From the NCBI GenBank assembly GCA_031269795.1, contig JAISYR010000004.1, positions 2,458 to 66,457 on the forward strand: 64,000 nucleotides of DNA. Direction: 5' to 3'. Below the pieces are notes generated by a model. It was not told the DNA's origin. It did no database searches and worked only from the letters and a program-made list of their open reading frames with translations. The position numbers and the translations under genes were made by a program. Source of the DNA: Puniceicoccales bacterium. GTDB lineage: Bacteria > Verrucomicrobiota > Verrucomicrobiia > Opitutales > JAIRKQ01. This document shows, one piece after another, positions 63,132 through 64,000 of this stretch; the first letter of the stretch is position 1, and each line of letters opens with the position of its first letter.

Positions 63132-64000
63132 ATGAACTTTTCCTACGAACTAGATGAGCTTATAGACCTGTTAGTTCCTAAAGAGGTTATTGGCCACACT
63201 TCTTTTCCAATTTCGTACATTGAATCACTGACAAAAACGAAACGGGGTGGCATTTCTTTCCTTGGAAATCTCAAATATAGGAAGGATGTGTCAATTAGTC
63301 AGGCATCCGTAATATTACTTCCCATGGGGCTTGATTTGACACCGAAAGAGAATCAATGTTTCCTGCTGTTTGATAATCCATCGCTGGCCCTCGGTAAGCT
63401 TTGCCAAGACATAGAGAAGAAATATTGTCACCGTCCCAGTGTGGGAACACACCCTAAAGCTATCATAGATGCAACCGTGTCAATTGGGCAAAATGTGAGC
63501 ATTGGACCCAATGTGGTTATCGAAGCCAATGCAATCATCTCTGATAATGTTGTTATTATGGCCGGATGCTACATTGGACATGGTGTCAAAATCGGTAACA
63601 ATAGCGTTTTACACCCCTCCGTAAAGGTGATGGATTTTTGTGAAATTGGATCACGGGTTACTTTGTTTTCAGGTGTAGTAATAGGGTCCGATGGTTTTGG
63701 CTATGAAACAGTAGATGGCATACATGAAAAGATTCCCCAGATAGGCAATGTGATAATTGAGGATGATGTTGACGTGGGAGCAAATACGACCATCGACCGT
63801 GCTAGGTTTAGTCATACCAAGATCGGAAAAGGAACAAAGATAGACAACTTGGTCCAAATAGGACATAATGTTATCATAGGAAATGGTTGTTTGATAACGG
63901 CTCAAACAGGTATTGCGGGCAGTACAATTATAGGTGACTATGTTGTAATTGGCGGGCAAGTTGGGATAGCAGGCCATCTCAATATTCCAAATGGGACCAT
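63132..64000 (+). CDS. lpxD: UDP-3-O-acylglucosamine N-acyltransferase (partial, runs off the window end)
   Basis: Not in the ORF track because there is no stop in the window. ATG at 63132. The N-terminal LpxD domain is followed by left-handed beta-helix hexapeptide repeats ([21 protein letters not shown]... [12 protein letters not shown]). Confidence 0.9.
   Translation, partial: MNFSYELDELIDLLVPKEVIGHTSFPISYIESLTKTKRGGISFLGNLKYRKDVSISQASVILLPMGLDLTPKENQCFLLFDNPSLALGKLCQDIEKKYCHRPSVGTHPKAIIDATVSIGQNVSIGPNVVIEANAIISDNVVIMAGCYIGHGVKIGNNSVLHPSVKVMDFCEIGSRVTLFSGVVIGSDGFGYETVDGIHEKIPQIGNVIIEDDVDVGANTTIDRARFSHTKIGKGTKIDNLVQIGHNVIIGNGCLITAQTGIAGSTIIGDYVVIGGQVGIAGHLNIPNGT

Overview
This is a densely coding window (roughly 90% coding, moderate-low GC by eye) from a bacterial chromosome. 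I interpret it as a chlamydia-like organism (Chlamydiota, PVC superphylum); this is inference. It rests on a CofE-like FolC2-type gene, a PVC-type small basic protein, a tmRNA tag that resembles environmental-chlamydia tags as I recall them, Inc-like proteins with bilobed hydrophobic domains, glycogen genes (glgP, malQ, pgm), LPS genes (kdsA, lpxD) and type III secretion components. Housekeeping content: glyA, dxs, an S41 protease, an amino-acid ABC transporter, fabG-acpP-fabF, nusA-infB-rbfA-nrnA-truB-ribF, cysS, an M3 peptidase, yidC, yebC, prmC, pssA, pal, rtcB, a UvrD-like helicase, a PAS histidine kinase, a 5'-3' exonuclease, ruvX, xth, skp and lpxD (truncated at the window end). RNA genes: SRP RNA (~23696-23796), tRNA-Arg(CCG) (37616-37690) and tmRNA (53130-53507). 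The most interesting locus is a five-gene plus-strand operon (53713-60421) starting about 200 bp downstream of tmRNA. It contains a clear SycD/LcrH-class type III secretion chaperone followed by two hydrophobic translocator-like proteins. It is preceded by a 213-aa charged protein and a 910-aa protein that sits in the LcrV (needle-tip) slot and ends in a needle/tip-like C-terminal helix. This gives an lcrGVH-yopBD-like arrangement with a giant, apparently undescribed tip or filament candidate. Other items worth a second look: two Inc-like membrane proteins with coding tandem repeats; a three-ORF hypothetical block downstream of glgP that includes a 165-bp tandem duplication and a possible frameshift; an untracked 33-aa bS22-like micro-ORF; a RibF lacking its riboflavin-kinase domain; and a GxSxG lipase-like candidate effector. 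No CRISPR arrays, transposases or integrases were seen.
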